A stretch of DNA of 64,000 nt from Macrostomum lignano (lineage: Eukaryota). The stretch's first letter is position 1. Each line of letters opens with the position of its first letter. The stretch lies in the NCBI GenBank assembly GCA_002269645.1, contig NIVC01001848.1, forward strand, positions 1-64,000. Reading direction: 5' to 3'. The notes under the pieces were generated by a model. That model was not told the origin of the DNA and did not search any database. It saw nothing but the letters and a program-made list of their open reading frames with translations. Below are positions 1 through 12,000 of this stretch, piece by piece. Position numbers and translations under genes: made by a program.

Positions 1-100
1 GCGAGCTGGCCAGGGCCAGGTACTGCGACACGGACTGCATATACAGCACTAGCAGGCCGTCCAAGCGATTGTCCAGCTCATCGCCAGTGCTGATTGACAT
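1..100 (-). CDS. 5' end of a probable CCDC115/Vma22-like V-ATPase assembly factor (runs off the window)
   Basis: ATG at 100 reads MSISTGDELDNRLDGLLVLYMQSVSQYLALASS, open to the edge and GC-rich. It resembles the N-terminal helix of Vma22/CCDC115 (recalled similarity, not searched). A ttttatcag acceptor lies 22 nt upstream of the ATG. Confidence 0.45.
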   Translation of the reverse strand, partial: MSISTGDELDNRLDGLLVLYMQSVSQYLALASS

Positions 101-1444
101 CTCAATGTCCGAAAAGAACAAGCTGATAAAAATAGGATAGAAAATCGAATATAATAACGGGTGTTAATTACTGTTGATTACACTTTATTCTGCAACCTAC
201 TTGGGCTTAACGCATCAAGTTTAATCATAATCAAACTAAGCAGGTGGTTTTTGGCGACATCACATCATCCCACAATCAGCGCTGAGGCACATACAAGTAC
301 AGCGGCCCTTTGACTTTCTAATCGTCTGACGTGTAAACACTCTGCGCCTTGGGGTTGGCCCCTTGGATGAACTAAAGCTTTAATTTCATTTGTCTATGGT
401 CGCAGCCTCTGCCGCTACAATCAATTTTCATTAAATTAGATCCAAAGAAGCAACTTGGCTCTATACGCGAGACTTGGCTCATCCAAATCTTGTACGTTAT
501 GTTGTCTCGTTCATCGGGTTTCAAAGCAAGGACCACTGTAGTATAACACAACAGGACGTAAAACTCAAAGATCGTGTGATTTTTAGGAGACCAATTTCCT
601 GAAAAATACACTGCGGAGATTATACGATTAATTATACATGTAAACTATAGATAATACTATATTATACTACAGTGGTCCTTGCTTCACAGCCAGCTTCTTA
701 TTGAGCTTGCTACTGCATTGTACAGCCGTAGTGGCAGTGCAGTGGCAGATTTAGCGACCATAAATTAACAAATGAAATTAAAAGCTTTGTCCCTATTGCA
801 CTTCTTGCCTAGATTAGATTCAATTTTCAAAGCTGGAAAGCTCCCAGCTTAGCTATGTTAAACTTCAACATGGCACCAGCAGCAAGCCAAAAATAACCTA
901 TATATACGATGTTCAACAGCTGAGGGACAGCGCTAGTCTCTTTATAATAATACTACTAATAATAAGGACAGTAGTGCATTCGGAGTTTGATGATAATGAT
1001 GATTAATAAAAAGTGAAGCGCGCATAATGTCTATTCATATTTGGGCACACATGAATAGTATATTAGTGAAAATTTATTTTAAATCCCTTTTTATTGTTAT
1101 GTTATAGTAAGTTTAAACAGAAAGCATTTTTATTATAACTTATATACCGTTATTAAAAAAAGTAATCAATCAACAATTTAAGGAAATGAGACGAATTTGG
1201 ATGGGAAGTCATGTGAGACTTGGGCAGGTGGGAGTGGAAAAATTGGCTAGGATATGGGGATCCGGGATGATTTGTGTGTGGATGAAATCAATGACTTAAA
1301 CATATAGAAATGAACTATAAAGAAGTTACACTGGGAGAGAAACTTTACAAATGAAATAGAGTAAGAAAATAGACACACTGAACAAAGATAAGAACATTAT
1401 ACAAAAGAAAAAAATGTCCTATTAGCTAGATTAGGTCAAAGATA

Positions 1445-1868
1445 CTAGAATAACTAGATGGGCCACTCAGCGCATTTGCGTGTTAACTACTTTCAGTTTA
1501 GTAGTAAGTTAAACCAGAAGCATTTTAATGTATTTTTAAAGCCAAGGCTTATTTATTGGCTCTTACCCTCCAGCTTAAAACCTCCAACCGCGCCTTTCCA
1601 CACTACCCCCCACGCCCCGCCCCAATTTTTATTGCCTTTCTCGGAATTCCAGCCTAAAGCTGCCATGTAAATTTCAGTGGACTGGCTAATGTACATTATT
1701 GCTGAACCAATTAGCAAGTTGTTTACGTCTGCAAGCTTGGCTTCTAAACTTATCAAAGTCATTTCAGCTGCCTTTATTCTTATAAAATATTCTTCTTTGC
1801 TACTGCACTGAAAGTAGAAAGCTGTTTTCTAAGTATTTATGCCTGAGTGGCCCATCTAGTTATTTTAG
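1445..1868. mobile_element. MITE with 26-bp TIRs; related copy at about 30375-30655
   Basis: ctagaataactagatgggccactcag (1445-1470) is inverted at 1843-1868 with 1 mismatch. The interior matches 30375-30655 in reverse complement. Confidence 0.8.
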
Positions 1869-3831
1869 AATCTGTGGATTAGCTAAAGTGATGGGGGGAA
1901 TTACAAGCTTTATTACAGCTCAAGGGAGAATTCATCATCGCTGAACTGAAAAATCATATTTATACGAGTAAACTGTGAATTTAGCTGAAATTAGGAGATC
2001 TGTAACCGTACCAGATAAAATTAATGTACGAAAACTAACCGCTATTGCACTAATAACTACAGTAATTTTTGTGTGATTAAAACTCGACAGTACAAACCAG
2101 AAATACGTATTTTGAATTTCACAATACAGAACAGAAAATAACAAAGTGAACTATGCTAAACAGATAGTAAGTAGCCTAGAGCAATTATATGTATATTATT
2201 AACAAAGTGCAGGGACAAAACAGAAAAGTACAACTAAAATTAGTACTCGGACACAGAGACAATTGAGTTGTGCAAAGCTGAATTTCTTCACTCTGATGAT
2301 TTTAAACGAACGAAACTTAAATAAATAAAATAAAAAACTGAAGCTCATCTGAAGCAATCAGATTGTTTATTGTTATTATTATTAATGTTATTAATTATTA
2401 TTTGGCTACAAAAGTCAGGATTTGTTTAAATCTTATAAGCCTCAGGTTCCACGCTCAGTTTTCATAATTTTATTGGCTAGCTAATTGAATTGGATTCAAT
2501 CTGTTTCTAACGACAGGGACAAAAAACGATAGAAAACACAATCTGTGTCACCGGCCAAGGCAATATAGGGAGGGGGTAAACTAACGCTCACTCTGCAAGA
2601 TAACTAAAGCGAGAGGTTAAAGCATTCACAACGGATGACAGCAATAATAAAATTGGCATTCATTCACCTAGCAGATCTCAACCGCTGTACAAAAATTAAC
2701 ATTATCGTTTGTAAAAATGAGAAACAGAAAAATTAATGGCCGAAAGTGACAGACATTCAGACAAACAAAAAGGGACAACTTACGATTAGCCTAAATATAA
2801 TAATAATATTAATAATAATAATAATAATAATAATAAATGGACCCCTGAGGGATTACTGCGAGCCGAAATGGGAGAAGCGATCAGCGGATCCGCAATGCCG
2901 TGAGGAAACTGATAGACGCCAATAGACGGGCAAAAGAAGCAGATTGAGAAAGAGTTTTGAATATAGCCAGCAGGAAAGATGCATCAGACAGACAGACAGC
3001 GCATCATTGGCAACAGTTCGCGGTCACAATGAGCGCATCAGAGCAAAGTTATCATGGATCTTATTTTTAACACGCATAGTTCGCAATGACAAAGCGGGTA
3101 GGGAAGGCGCGGCTTGGGGAGTACAGAGTACACAGTAAATAATAACTTAATGCTGATTTTTGCGTGCGCGAGAGTGTTCGAGTTCAACTGATTGATTTAT
3201 AGCCGATTTCAGTCACAGATGGCCAGTTGCAAGCGTGTCTCAACGCAATGAAATTTTACACAATTAATACTATCTCTTTAACTAGTAAACATAGCATCGT
3301 GTCGAACAGAAACGCGTGTTGAAAGAAAACAGCTAAAAATATATATTAACTAATATCCTATTAATCCAGAAGAAGCTGCACTGATTTTGCGAATAAGCCG
3401 GAACCGGGGGCATTGGTCGGCGCGCACAGCATCAAGTATTGGGGGCATAAAAGGGTCAGTAAAGGGAGAAATGCGGTTTTCAATCAGTTTTATAAGCTTC
3501 AGAATGGATGAATTAGCCGCATCTGTGATTGGATATCGATTGCTGCTAGAACAAGCGCAAAACGCAGTGCTGTTATTACGCATTAAAACAAAGCATCTTG
3601 ATAGAAATGCAGGGCTCACTTACCGAGCTTTCGTCGCCTGATTTTGCTTAAGAAGAAGACGGCGCACAGTTGGCAAAATGCAACAACTCTCTTTAGCATA
3701 GCAGTCGCAGTTTTTAGTCGCAATTATCGAGGAGCCAAAACGCCTCCTGTCTCAGGTCAGCCAGCAAAGATTCAGAGATCAGAGATGGAAAATGAGCAGA
3801 ATTCAGAGGCCGCCAATCTGTTAATCTGTAA

Positions 3832-4297
3832 CCCGATGAAAACGGCATCTAAGCCAAAAAGCGTCCCAGAGTCACTTGCGTCAACCCCAAGAGTCGTTGC
3901 AGACGACACAGGTAAAATAGGAAAGAAGTGACTCTAAACGACTCTAAAACGACGGGATTTCACGGTACAAGTCGCCAAACAGTTGTCAAAGAGTCGCAAA
4001 ACAGTCACTTTCTTCAAGCGTTTCACTGTCTGCGACTCTCAAACGACTCTTGGCGCGACCCTTTGGGGTCGTAGAGTCGAATTTGAGGCGTGCTAGAGAC
4101 GCTGTAGAGTCACTGAGTCGTGTTTGAAGCGCATTTTCGTCGCGACTCTGCAACTCACGTGACGCTCTTGTGACGCAACAGTCGCCTCTCCGGCGCTTTT
4201 GAGTCGTTAAAAAGTCACCAGAGTCGCCCCACAGTCACTGGATAGTTGTTTGCAATGACTCTTTAGCCCTTCTTGTTACAGTATCATTTTCAAAGGG
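3832..4297. mobile_element. MITE family rich in gagtcgc/gcgactc motifs (copy 1 of 3)
   Basis: Ends CCCGATGAAAA ... TTTTCAAAGGG, flanked by TAA on both sides. Reverse-complement homologs at about 24053-24543 and 27623-28076. Confidence 0.75.
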
Positions 4298-4841
4298 TAA
4301 CACGATGATATTAAAACAATCCTAGCAAAGCTTTGACAACAACTCAATTAGTTACTGGGGAGACTCGAAGACCCAAAAAAGAAGATAAAAAATTCAAGAA
4401 GACAGGAAAAAATACCGTGCAGTGAAATGGATGGACGAAAAAACTTAAAATGACATTTAATTTAGATTAATTATTACATAAAAAACCACACACAGAACAC
4501 ACCCGAAGGGGGCACAACAAGACAAAACGACGATATAGTGGACACTTTAGCGGAGCCGCAACAGACAGATGAAACTGCGTTAGCCGGAAAATCGATTTAT
4601 TAGATGAGGGAAATTTATTCAGATATAAAAGTTTAATCTATCATATGAAGCTCCGCTAAAAGCCGAAAAAATCAAATTTACTTTATTTACGTGCAGCGGT
4701 CGCTGATGGGGCAGTGAGACTGTCTGTCATTTGCTCACGCTGCGATTTTGGTTACTACAAACGCACACACGATGCTGTTTTCATGCGGTAGGAAAAAAGT
4801 TTTGTTCTCCATCCGTTAGTAAATGTTGCTCATTCTCTATA

Positions 4842-6627
4842 TTAGCCAGGATGCACCGAGCCAGTGGCGGAATAGCCAGCGCCAGACATTGAGGCTGGCG
4901 GCAGTGGCGCCATCCCGGCTCCTGAGGCGGCGCCGTACATGGCGCCACCATAGATAGGCTGAGCGCCGGGGTTGCCGCCACCGTAGTGCGAATAGGCCGG
5001 CGTCGCGAATGCTGTAGCGGTGCTAGTGAAGCCTGCCGCTGCCGAATACTGCGGCATCGCCTGCGGCTGCTGTTGATAAGCTGCCGATAAATCCGCACCG
5101 TTGGCGCCGTAGGAGCTCGGCGCGTAGCTGACGCCGCCATAAATAGAAGTTGGCGCCGCGGAAGCGGTCGGATTGTAGGCGCCGGCGGCCTGTCCGTATC
5201 CGTAAGCGTCGCCAGCGTAGCCGCCGTAGGCTTCCATGCCGCCGCCGGTGCCGGGGGCGCCGCCGTACATGGCAGCAGCGGAGCTGTAGTTCTGCCCCCG
5301 TAGGTAAGAAGATCCGCATAGCCGGGATAATAGGCGGCTACCTGTTGCTGCTGCTGCTGCTGCTCATAGTCAAGCCGCGGCATTTTGCCTCCATCGCCGC
5401 CGGCTTGTCCGCCACCGCCGCCGCCGCCGCCACCGCTGAGGCCGCCAAGGCCGGACGCGTCGGCCGCGAACCGTTTTTGCCGGCCGCCAGCTGACGCGTC
5501 GATGAGGCCGCCGTCGCCTCCGTTAGCAACGAAGCTGTCCATCGAGGTGCCGCCAATCATGTCGGCCGGATTGGGCGGCCGCTGAGGCAAACCGTAGGCT
5601 AGCAACGGCTGCTGCTGCTGTTGGAATCCGTAGCCTGCCAGGCCGTAGCCAGGCTGGGTCTGCTGGAAGAAGGCGGCAGCGCCGGACGGCTGGCCCCGGA
5701 AAGCGAAGTTGGACATGTAGGCCATCTGCCCGCCTCCGCCCATGCCACCGCCTCCGCCGCCGCCGCGGTAGCCGCCTCTTCTGTCGCCGCCTGTCTGTCC
5801 ACGTTCATTCCGGTTCCTGTTGAATGAAATTTGGGATTGCAATTTCTTTAAAAGATTGCTACATGTTCATCGCTATTCAGGACACGGGTGACGACGCATG
5901 CGAAGGGGCGTCAGGGTCTCTGGGCGGGTGTCAGGGCATCCGAAGGGGCGTCAGGGCATCCGAAGGGGCGTCAGGGCATCCGAAGGGGCGTCAGGGCATC
6001 CAAAGGGGCGTCAAGGCATCCGAAGGGGCGTCAGGGTCTCTGGGCGGGCGTCAGGGCATCCAAAGGGGCGTCAGGGTCTCTGGGCGGGCGTCAGATCATC
6101 CGAAGGGGCGTCAGGGTCTCTGGGCGGGCGTCACGGCATCCGAAGGGGCGTCAGTGCATCCGAAGGGGCGTCAGGGTCTCTGGGCGGGCGTCAGGGCATC
6201 CGAAGGGGCGTCAGGGTCTCTGGGCGGGCGTCACGGCATCCGAAGGGGCGTCAGGGTCTCTGGGCGGGCGTCAGGGCATCCGAAGGGGCGTCAGGGTCTC
6301 TGGGCGGGCGTCAGGGCACCCGAAGGGGCGTCAGGGTCTCTGGACTCTCATGTTTCGTGTTCTTAGCAAGACCATCTACAGTGTACAGTAAAAGTCGCAC
6401 CTATCAGGCCTGCCAAGCTCCACATTGACACGCGAATTGCCCAGCATAGTTTTGTGGAGGCCGCTAATAGCTTTACTAGCCGAGTCCTCAGATTCCATGT
6501 GCACAAATGCGTAATTAGATATTAGCCGGCAGTCGGTGACTGTGCCAAATTTTTCAAAGGCGCAGCGCAGCTGAGTCTCAAAGTCCGGCGCCGGGTCGTG
6601 AATGTTGCCGACAAAAATCTTTACCAT
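4842..6627 (-). CDS. RBM4/lark-like single-RRM RNA-binding protein with RGG and G/Q/Y/A low-complexity tail (383 aa)
   Basis: Exons 6627-6401, 5816-5342 and 5291-4842; GT-AG introns with matching phases; 1152 nt in total. RRM with KIFVGNI (RNP2) and NYAFVHM (RNP1). Confidence 0.85.
5900..6345. repeat. 20-bp two-variant minisatellite in intron 1 of the RRM gene
   Basis: Interleaved units catccgaaggggcgtcaggg and tctctgggcgggcgtcaggg. Confidence 0.95.
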
Positions 6628-6825
6628 CTTGCTGCGATTCTTGTAATGCGAGGGTTCTTAAAGCAAACTTAAAGATTGATCAAGGGGAGATTTGCGATAT
6701 AAGCTGTGCACTGAGGATAAGCGAACTTGGTGGGCTGAAATTGAGAAAAAAATACAGCGAGATTATTGAATATGATGAATATTTGGCTCGGTAAGAGCTG
6801 CCCTGTTATCTCCTGATCCTTTATT

Positions 6826-7450
6826 GAGAGCCGCTTATCCCCTTCAGTCAGTGAGAGCCGCTATCCCTTCAGTCAGTGAGAGCCGCTATCCCTTCAGTCA
6901 GTGAGAGCCGCTATCCCCTTCAGTCAGTGAGAGCCGCTATCCCCTTCAGTCAGTGAGAGCCGCTTTGCCATTCAGTCAGTGAGAGCCGCTATGCCCTTCA
7001 GTCAATAAGAGCCGCTATCCCCTTCAGTCAGTGAGAGCCGCTATCCCCTTCAGTCAGTAAGAGCCGCTATTCCCTTCAGTCAGTGAGAGCCGCTATCCCC
7101 TTCAGTCAGTAAGAGCCGCTATTCCCTTCAGTCAGTGAGAGCCGCTATCCCCTTCAGTCAGTGAGAGCCGCTATTCCCTTCAGTCAGTGAGAGCCGCTAT
7201 CCCCTTCAGTCAGTGAGAGCCGCTATGCCATTCAGTCAGTGAGAGCCGCTATGCCATTCAGTCAGTGAGAGCCGCTATTCCCTATCAGTGAGAGCCGCTA
7301 TTCCCTATCAGTGAGAGCCGCTATTCCCTATCAGTGAGAGCCGCTATTCCCTATCAGTGAGAGCCGCTATTCCCTATCAGTGAGAGCCGCTATTCCCTAT
7401 CAGTGAGAGCCGCTATTCACTATCAGTGAGAGCCGCTATTCCCTATCAAT
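6826..7450. repeat. 26/23-bp minisatellite (gagagccgctat core) between ATP synthase delta and the RRM gene
   Basis: Units ccccttcagtcagtgagagccgctat, then ctattccctatcagtgagagccg. Confidence 0.95.
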
Positions 7451-7888
7451 GAGTCCAGCTATCTCCTGGTCCTTCAGCTAACCACCATCTCATTGGTGAT
7501 TTGATTGACGCTTATTTCTCAGCACTGCGCAACAAAGCCTGTTCGATTATCTACCAAGGTGTAATTTAGTGGGGTAAAATCTAAAGAATCCTGATACAAA
7601 GCACGATAAAAAGTTAATAGCAGAAAGTAAGTCAGAGACGCAATTATTAACACACATTTCAGCGTGTTCAAAGCTATTTATTGGCTAGGGCTGTTAACTA
7701 GCTAGCTAACTGTTTATATAGTTATCCGAACGATGTTATAAGCTTCTAGTGGGTTATACGATTTCCGTTGAGTTATACAGACTTAATAGTTATGCTTAGC
7801 TTTAGGATATTTGCTAAAGGGAAAGTTAAACAGAATATTTCTAACACACTGTCAATAGATCTGTCTATTCTTGTTTAGCTACAAATAT

Positions 7889-8368
7889 CTACTTGTTCTC
7901 GTCAAGCGCCTTGATAACGGCTTCGAACGCTTCGACTTCAACGGTGGCCTCCGCCCTAGACAGTTCGTCAGTGGCGGCATTGGCCGCTTGCTGCGCCTTG
8001 GCCAGGCCGTCGCGGGCAGCCGCGGGGTCCAGCTGGGCCAGAGAGGCCAGCTCCTCCGCCAGGATCTGCACAGAGGAATCGTCATTAATAGTGACCGAGC
8101 CCGAGCTGACAAAGTACTTTTTAATACTGCCGTCCTCCTCGTGTACGGACACTACGCCCGGCTTTAGGCAGCCTAGCAGAGGCACGTGATTGGCCAGAAC
8201 GCCGATGCTGCCCGTGAGGGTTGGCACATCAACTTGGCGCACCTTAGCCGATCGGTAGAACACTTCACCTGGAGAGGCTAAGGTGAACGCCATGTCCGAC
8301 AGGCTGCGACGGAATCGGCCAGCAATGACCGATGAGTTCTGAAGCAGTCGGGCACTGTTGCGAAGCAT
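7889..8368 (-). CDS. ATP5F1D: Mitochondrial ATP synthase F1 delta subunit, intronless CDS (159 aa)
   Basis: ATG at 8368 with an Arg/Ser-rich transit peptide, then MAFTLASP, QVDVPTLTGSIGVLANHVP, KYFVSSGSVTINDDSSVQILAEE and a C-terminal helical hairpin. Confidence 0.95.
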   Translation of the reverse strand: MLRNSARLLQNSSVIAGRFRRSLSDMAFTLASPGEVFYRSAKVRQVDVPTLTGSIGVLANHVPLLGCLKPGVVSVHEEDGSIKKYFVSSGSVTINDDSSVQILAEELASLAQLDPAAARDGLAKAQQAANAATDELSRAEATVEVEAFEAVIKALDENK

Positions 8369-9096
8369 CTTTGCTGACGACGGAAATGAGGGCTGCAATT
8401 GAATTTAAATGCTTTACCTGGTTGCTAAGCGAAAGGTAAGCGAGATTTGCAATTGTACTACTTACTAAGTAGATCTGAAATACTTAGGCTTACTTTTCAT
8501 CTACCAAAAAGTTTTTTGTTTAAATACAACCATTTATTGCTCTCTAGACTACTGAAAGTAAATGGACGGGACATATTTCTTAATTATGATTTAATCAAAA
8601 ATTCATACCTCAGAAGTGCAATGTTTCTCAGACAACTTGAGCTTGCAAGGTTTTAAATGATTTAAATGAAGGAATTAAAAAATAATCAATATAAAATAAC
8701 CTTTTAATTCTGTTTTTTTATATATTTACTAAACGACAAATATGGGTGCGTTTTACAATGACAGATTTTTAGTAGCTGCTAAAGACGAATATTAGCTTTC
8801 AATAATATTTGTTTCATTTCTAATAGTCCAACTTCGGCGAGCTTTACCCAAGCACACGTGGGATAAATTTTAAACAATAAAATTAAACACTAAATTTCTC
8901 CCCACACACAAAACACCTAGCTAGCGTCTTTGTTTCTGAGAACAGAAAAGGTTGTTTAAATGAGTCAGAGGCGCAGAATAGCGGAGAGGAGGCTAAAAAT
9001 TGTCTGTTTAGACTATGTATAAGATTTCTATTCAGACAGAGGTCCGAGTTATCCTTAGATTTACCACGCAGACTTCAAAAGGCGCCACAAGAGAAA

Positions 9097-12000
9097 TCAT
9101 TCCATATTGTTAATAACAGCGTAGGTGAATTCCGAGGTGCGCGCGTGTCCGCCAAGGTCGCGAGTTCGACACTTGCCAGCCTCGAGCACGCGGAACACGG
9201 CCTGGCGTATACGTCTACCGTGCATTGGCAAATTCAAATGGTTCAGCATGTTGGCCGAGGCCAGGAACATAGCCGTGGGATTGGCGATATCCTTGCCGAC
9301 CGCCTGGGCGAACGGGTGCCTGGCGCCGGACTCGAAGATGACGCAATCGTGCGAATAAGAGGCGCCCGGGACGATGCCGGCCCCGCCAACTAAACCCGAG
9401 GCCAAGTTGTCAATGATGTTGCCATAGAGATTCGGCATAACCATAACGTCGAATTGTTCAGGCCTGGAAACTAATTGCATGCAGCAATTGTCAATAATCA
9501 TGTTCTCCAGCTCGATGCCCGGGTAGAGCTGGCTGACCTGGGCACCGGAGGAATGGCAGATGCAGATATGATTTCTGCACTGAGTTAAGCATTTGCTCTC
9601 ATCACTGATGGACACGAAGGCGATAGCGGCTCTCACTGAAGGGGATAGCGGCTCTCACTGAAGGGGATGGCGGCTCTCACTGAAGGCGATAGCGGCTCTC
9701 ACTGAAGGGGATAGCGGCTCTCACTGAAGGGGATGGCGGCTCTCACTGAAGGCGATAGCGGCTCTCACTGAAGGGGATAGCGGCTCTCACTGAAGGGGAT
9801 AGCGGCTCTCACTGAAGGGGATGGCGGCTCTCACTGAAGGGGATAGCAGCTCTAACTGAAGGGGATAGCAGCTCTCACTGAAGGGGATGGCGGCTCTCAC
9901 TGAAGGGGATGGCGGCTCTCACTGAAGGGGATAGCAGCTCTCACTGAAGGGGATAGCAGCTCTCACTGAAGGGGATAGCAGCTCTCACTGAAGGGGATAG
10001 CAGCTCTCACTGAAGGGGATAGCAGCTCTCACTAAACGGGATAGCGGCTTTCACTGAAGGGGATAGCGGCTTTCACTGAAGGGGATAGCGGCTTTCGCTG
10101 AAGGGGATAGCGGCTCTCACTGAAGGGGATAGCGGCTTTCGCTGAAGGGGATAGCGGCTCTCACTGAAGGGCATAGCGGCTCTCACTGAAGGGGATAGCG
10201 GCTCTCACTAAAGGACCACTGAAGGGCATAGCGGCTCTCACTAAAGGGGATAGCGGCTCTCACTGAAGGGCATAGCGGCTCTCACTGAAGGGGATAGCGG
10301 CTTTCGCTGAAGGGGATAGCGGCTCTCACTGAAGGGCATAGCGGCTCTCACTGAAGGGGATAGCGGCTCTCACTGAAGGGCATAGCGGCTCTCACTGAAG
10401 GGATAGCGGCTCTCACTAAAGGACCACTGAAGGGCATAGCAGCTCTCACTAAAGGGGATAGCGGCTCTCACTGAAGGGCATAGCGGCTCTCACTAAAGGG
10501 GATAGCGGCTCTCACTGAAGGGGATGGCGGCTCTCACTGAAGGGGATAGCAGCTCTCACTAAAGGACCACTGAAGGGGATAGCGGCTCTCACTAAAGGAC
10601 CACTGAAGGGGATAGCGGCTCTCACTAAAGGACCACTGAAGGGGATAGCGGCTCTCACTAAAGGACCACTGAAGGGGATAGCGGCTCTCACTAAAGGACC
10701 ACTGAAGGGGATAGCGGCTCTCACTAAAGGACCACTGAAGGGGATAGCGGCTCTCACTAAAGGACCACTGAAGGGGATAGCGGCTCTCACTAAAGGACCA
10801 CTGAAGGGGATAGCGGCTCTCACTAAAGGACCACTGAAGGGGATAGCGGCTCTCACTAAAGGACCACTGAAGGGGATAGCGGCTCTCACTAAAGGACCAC
10901 TGAAGGGGATAGCGGCTCTCACCAAAGGACCACTGAAGGGGATAGCGGCTCTCACTAAAGGGGATAGCGGCTCTCACTGAAGGGGATGGCGGCTCTCACT
11001 GAAGGGGATAGCGGCTCTCACTAAAGGACCACTGAAGGGATAGCGGCTCTCACTAAAGGACCACTGAAGGGGATAGCGGCTCTCACCAAAGGACCACTGA
11101 AGGGGATAGCGGCTCTCACTAAAGGACCACTGAAGGGGATAGCGGCTCTCACTAAAGGACCACTGAAGGGGATAGCGGCTCTCACTAAAGGACCACTGAA
11201 GGGGATAGCGGCTCTCACTAAAGGACCACTGAAGGGGATAGCGGCTCTCACCAAAGGACCACTGAAGGGGATAGCGGCTCTCACTAAAGGACCACTGAAG
11301 GGGATAGCGGCTCTCACTAAAGGACCACTGAAGGGGATAGCGGCTCTCACTAAAGGACCACTGAAGGGCATAGCAGCTCTCACTAAAGGGGATAGCGGCT
11401 CTCACTGAAGGGCATAGCGGCTCTCACTGAAGGGGATAGCAGCTCTCACTGAAGGGGATAGCAGCTCTCACTGAAGGCGATAGCAGCTCTCACTGAAGGG
11501 GATAGCGGCTCTCACTGAAGGGCATAGCGGCTCTCACTGAAGGGGATAGCGGCTCTCACTGAAGGGCATAGCGGCTCTCACTGAAGGGGATAGCGGCTCT
11601 CACTGAAGGGCATAGCGGCTCTCACTGAAGGGGATAGCGGCTCTCACTAAAGGGCATAGCGGCTCTCACTGAAGGGGATAGCGGCTCTCACTGAAGGGCA
11701 TAGCGGCTCTCACTGAAGGGGATAGCGGCTCTCACTGAAGGGCATAGCGGCTCTCACTGAAGGGGATAGCGGCTCTCACTAAAGGGCATAGCGGCTCTCA
11801 CTGAAGGGGATAGCGGCTCTCACTGAAGGGCATAGCGGCTCTCACTGAAGGGGATAGCGGCTCTCACTAAAGGGCATAGCGGCTCTCACTGAAGGGGATA
11901 GCGGCTCTCACTGAAGGGCATAGCGGCTCTCACTGAAGGGGATAGCGGCTCTCGCAGAGTATAGATAAGTTAGATGGAACTCAACAGTACTACAGAAGCC

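Noticed and set aside
5824-6428. Three overlapping 167-180 aa ORFs
   Set aside because: Stop-free readthrough of a 20-bp minisatellite, antisense within an intron.
7270-7450. Tandem TCCCTATCAGTGA units resembling a tetO/TRE array
   Set aside because: They lack the TAGAGA half of tetO and grade continuously from the endogenous gagagccgctat minisatellite; the match is coincidental, not vector sequence.
8393-8417. GT...AG segment upstream of ATP synthase delta as an intron
   Set aside because: Only 25 nt, probably too short for cis-splicing; the AG is kept only as a candidate trans-splice acceptor.
9622-11952. Regularly repeated units as a possible CRISPR array (also 40135-41140 and 51335-52255)
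   Set aside because: No unique spacers, no cas genes, and a eukaryotic intronic or intergenic context.
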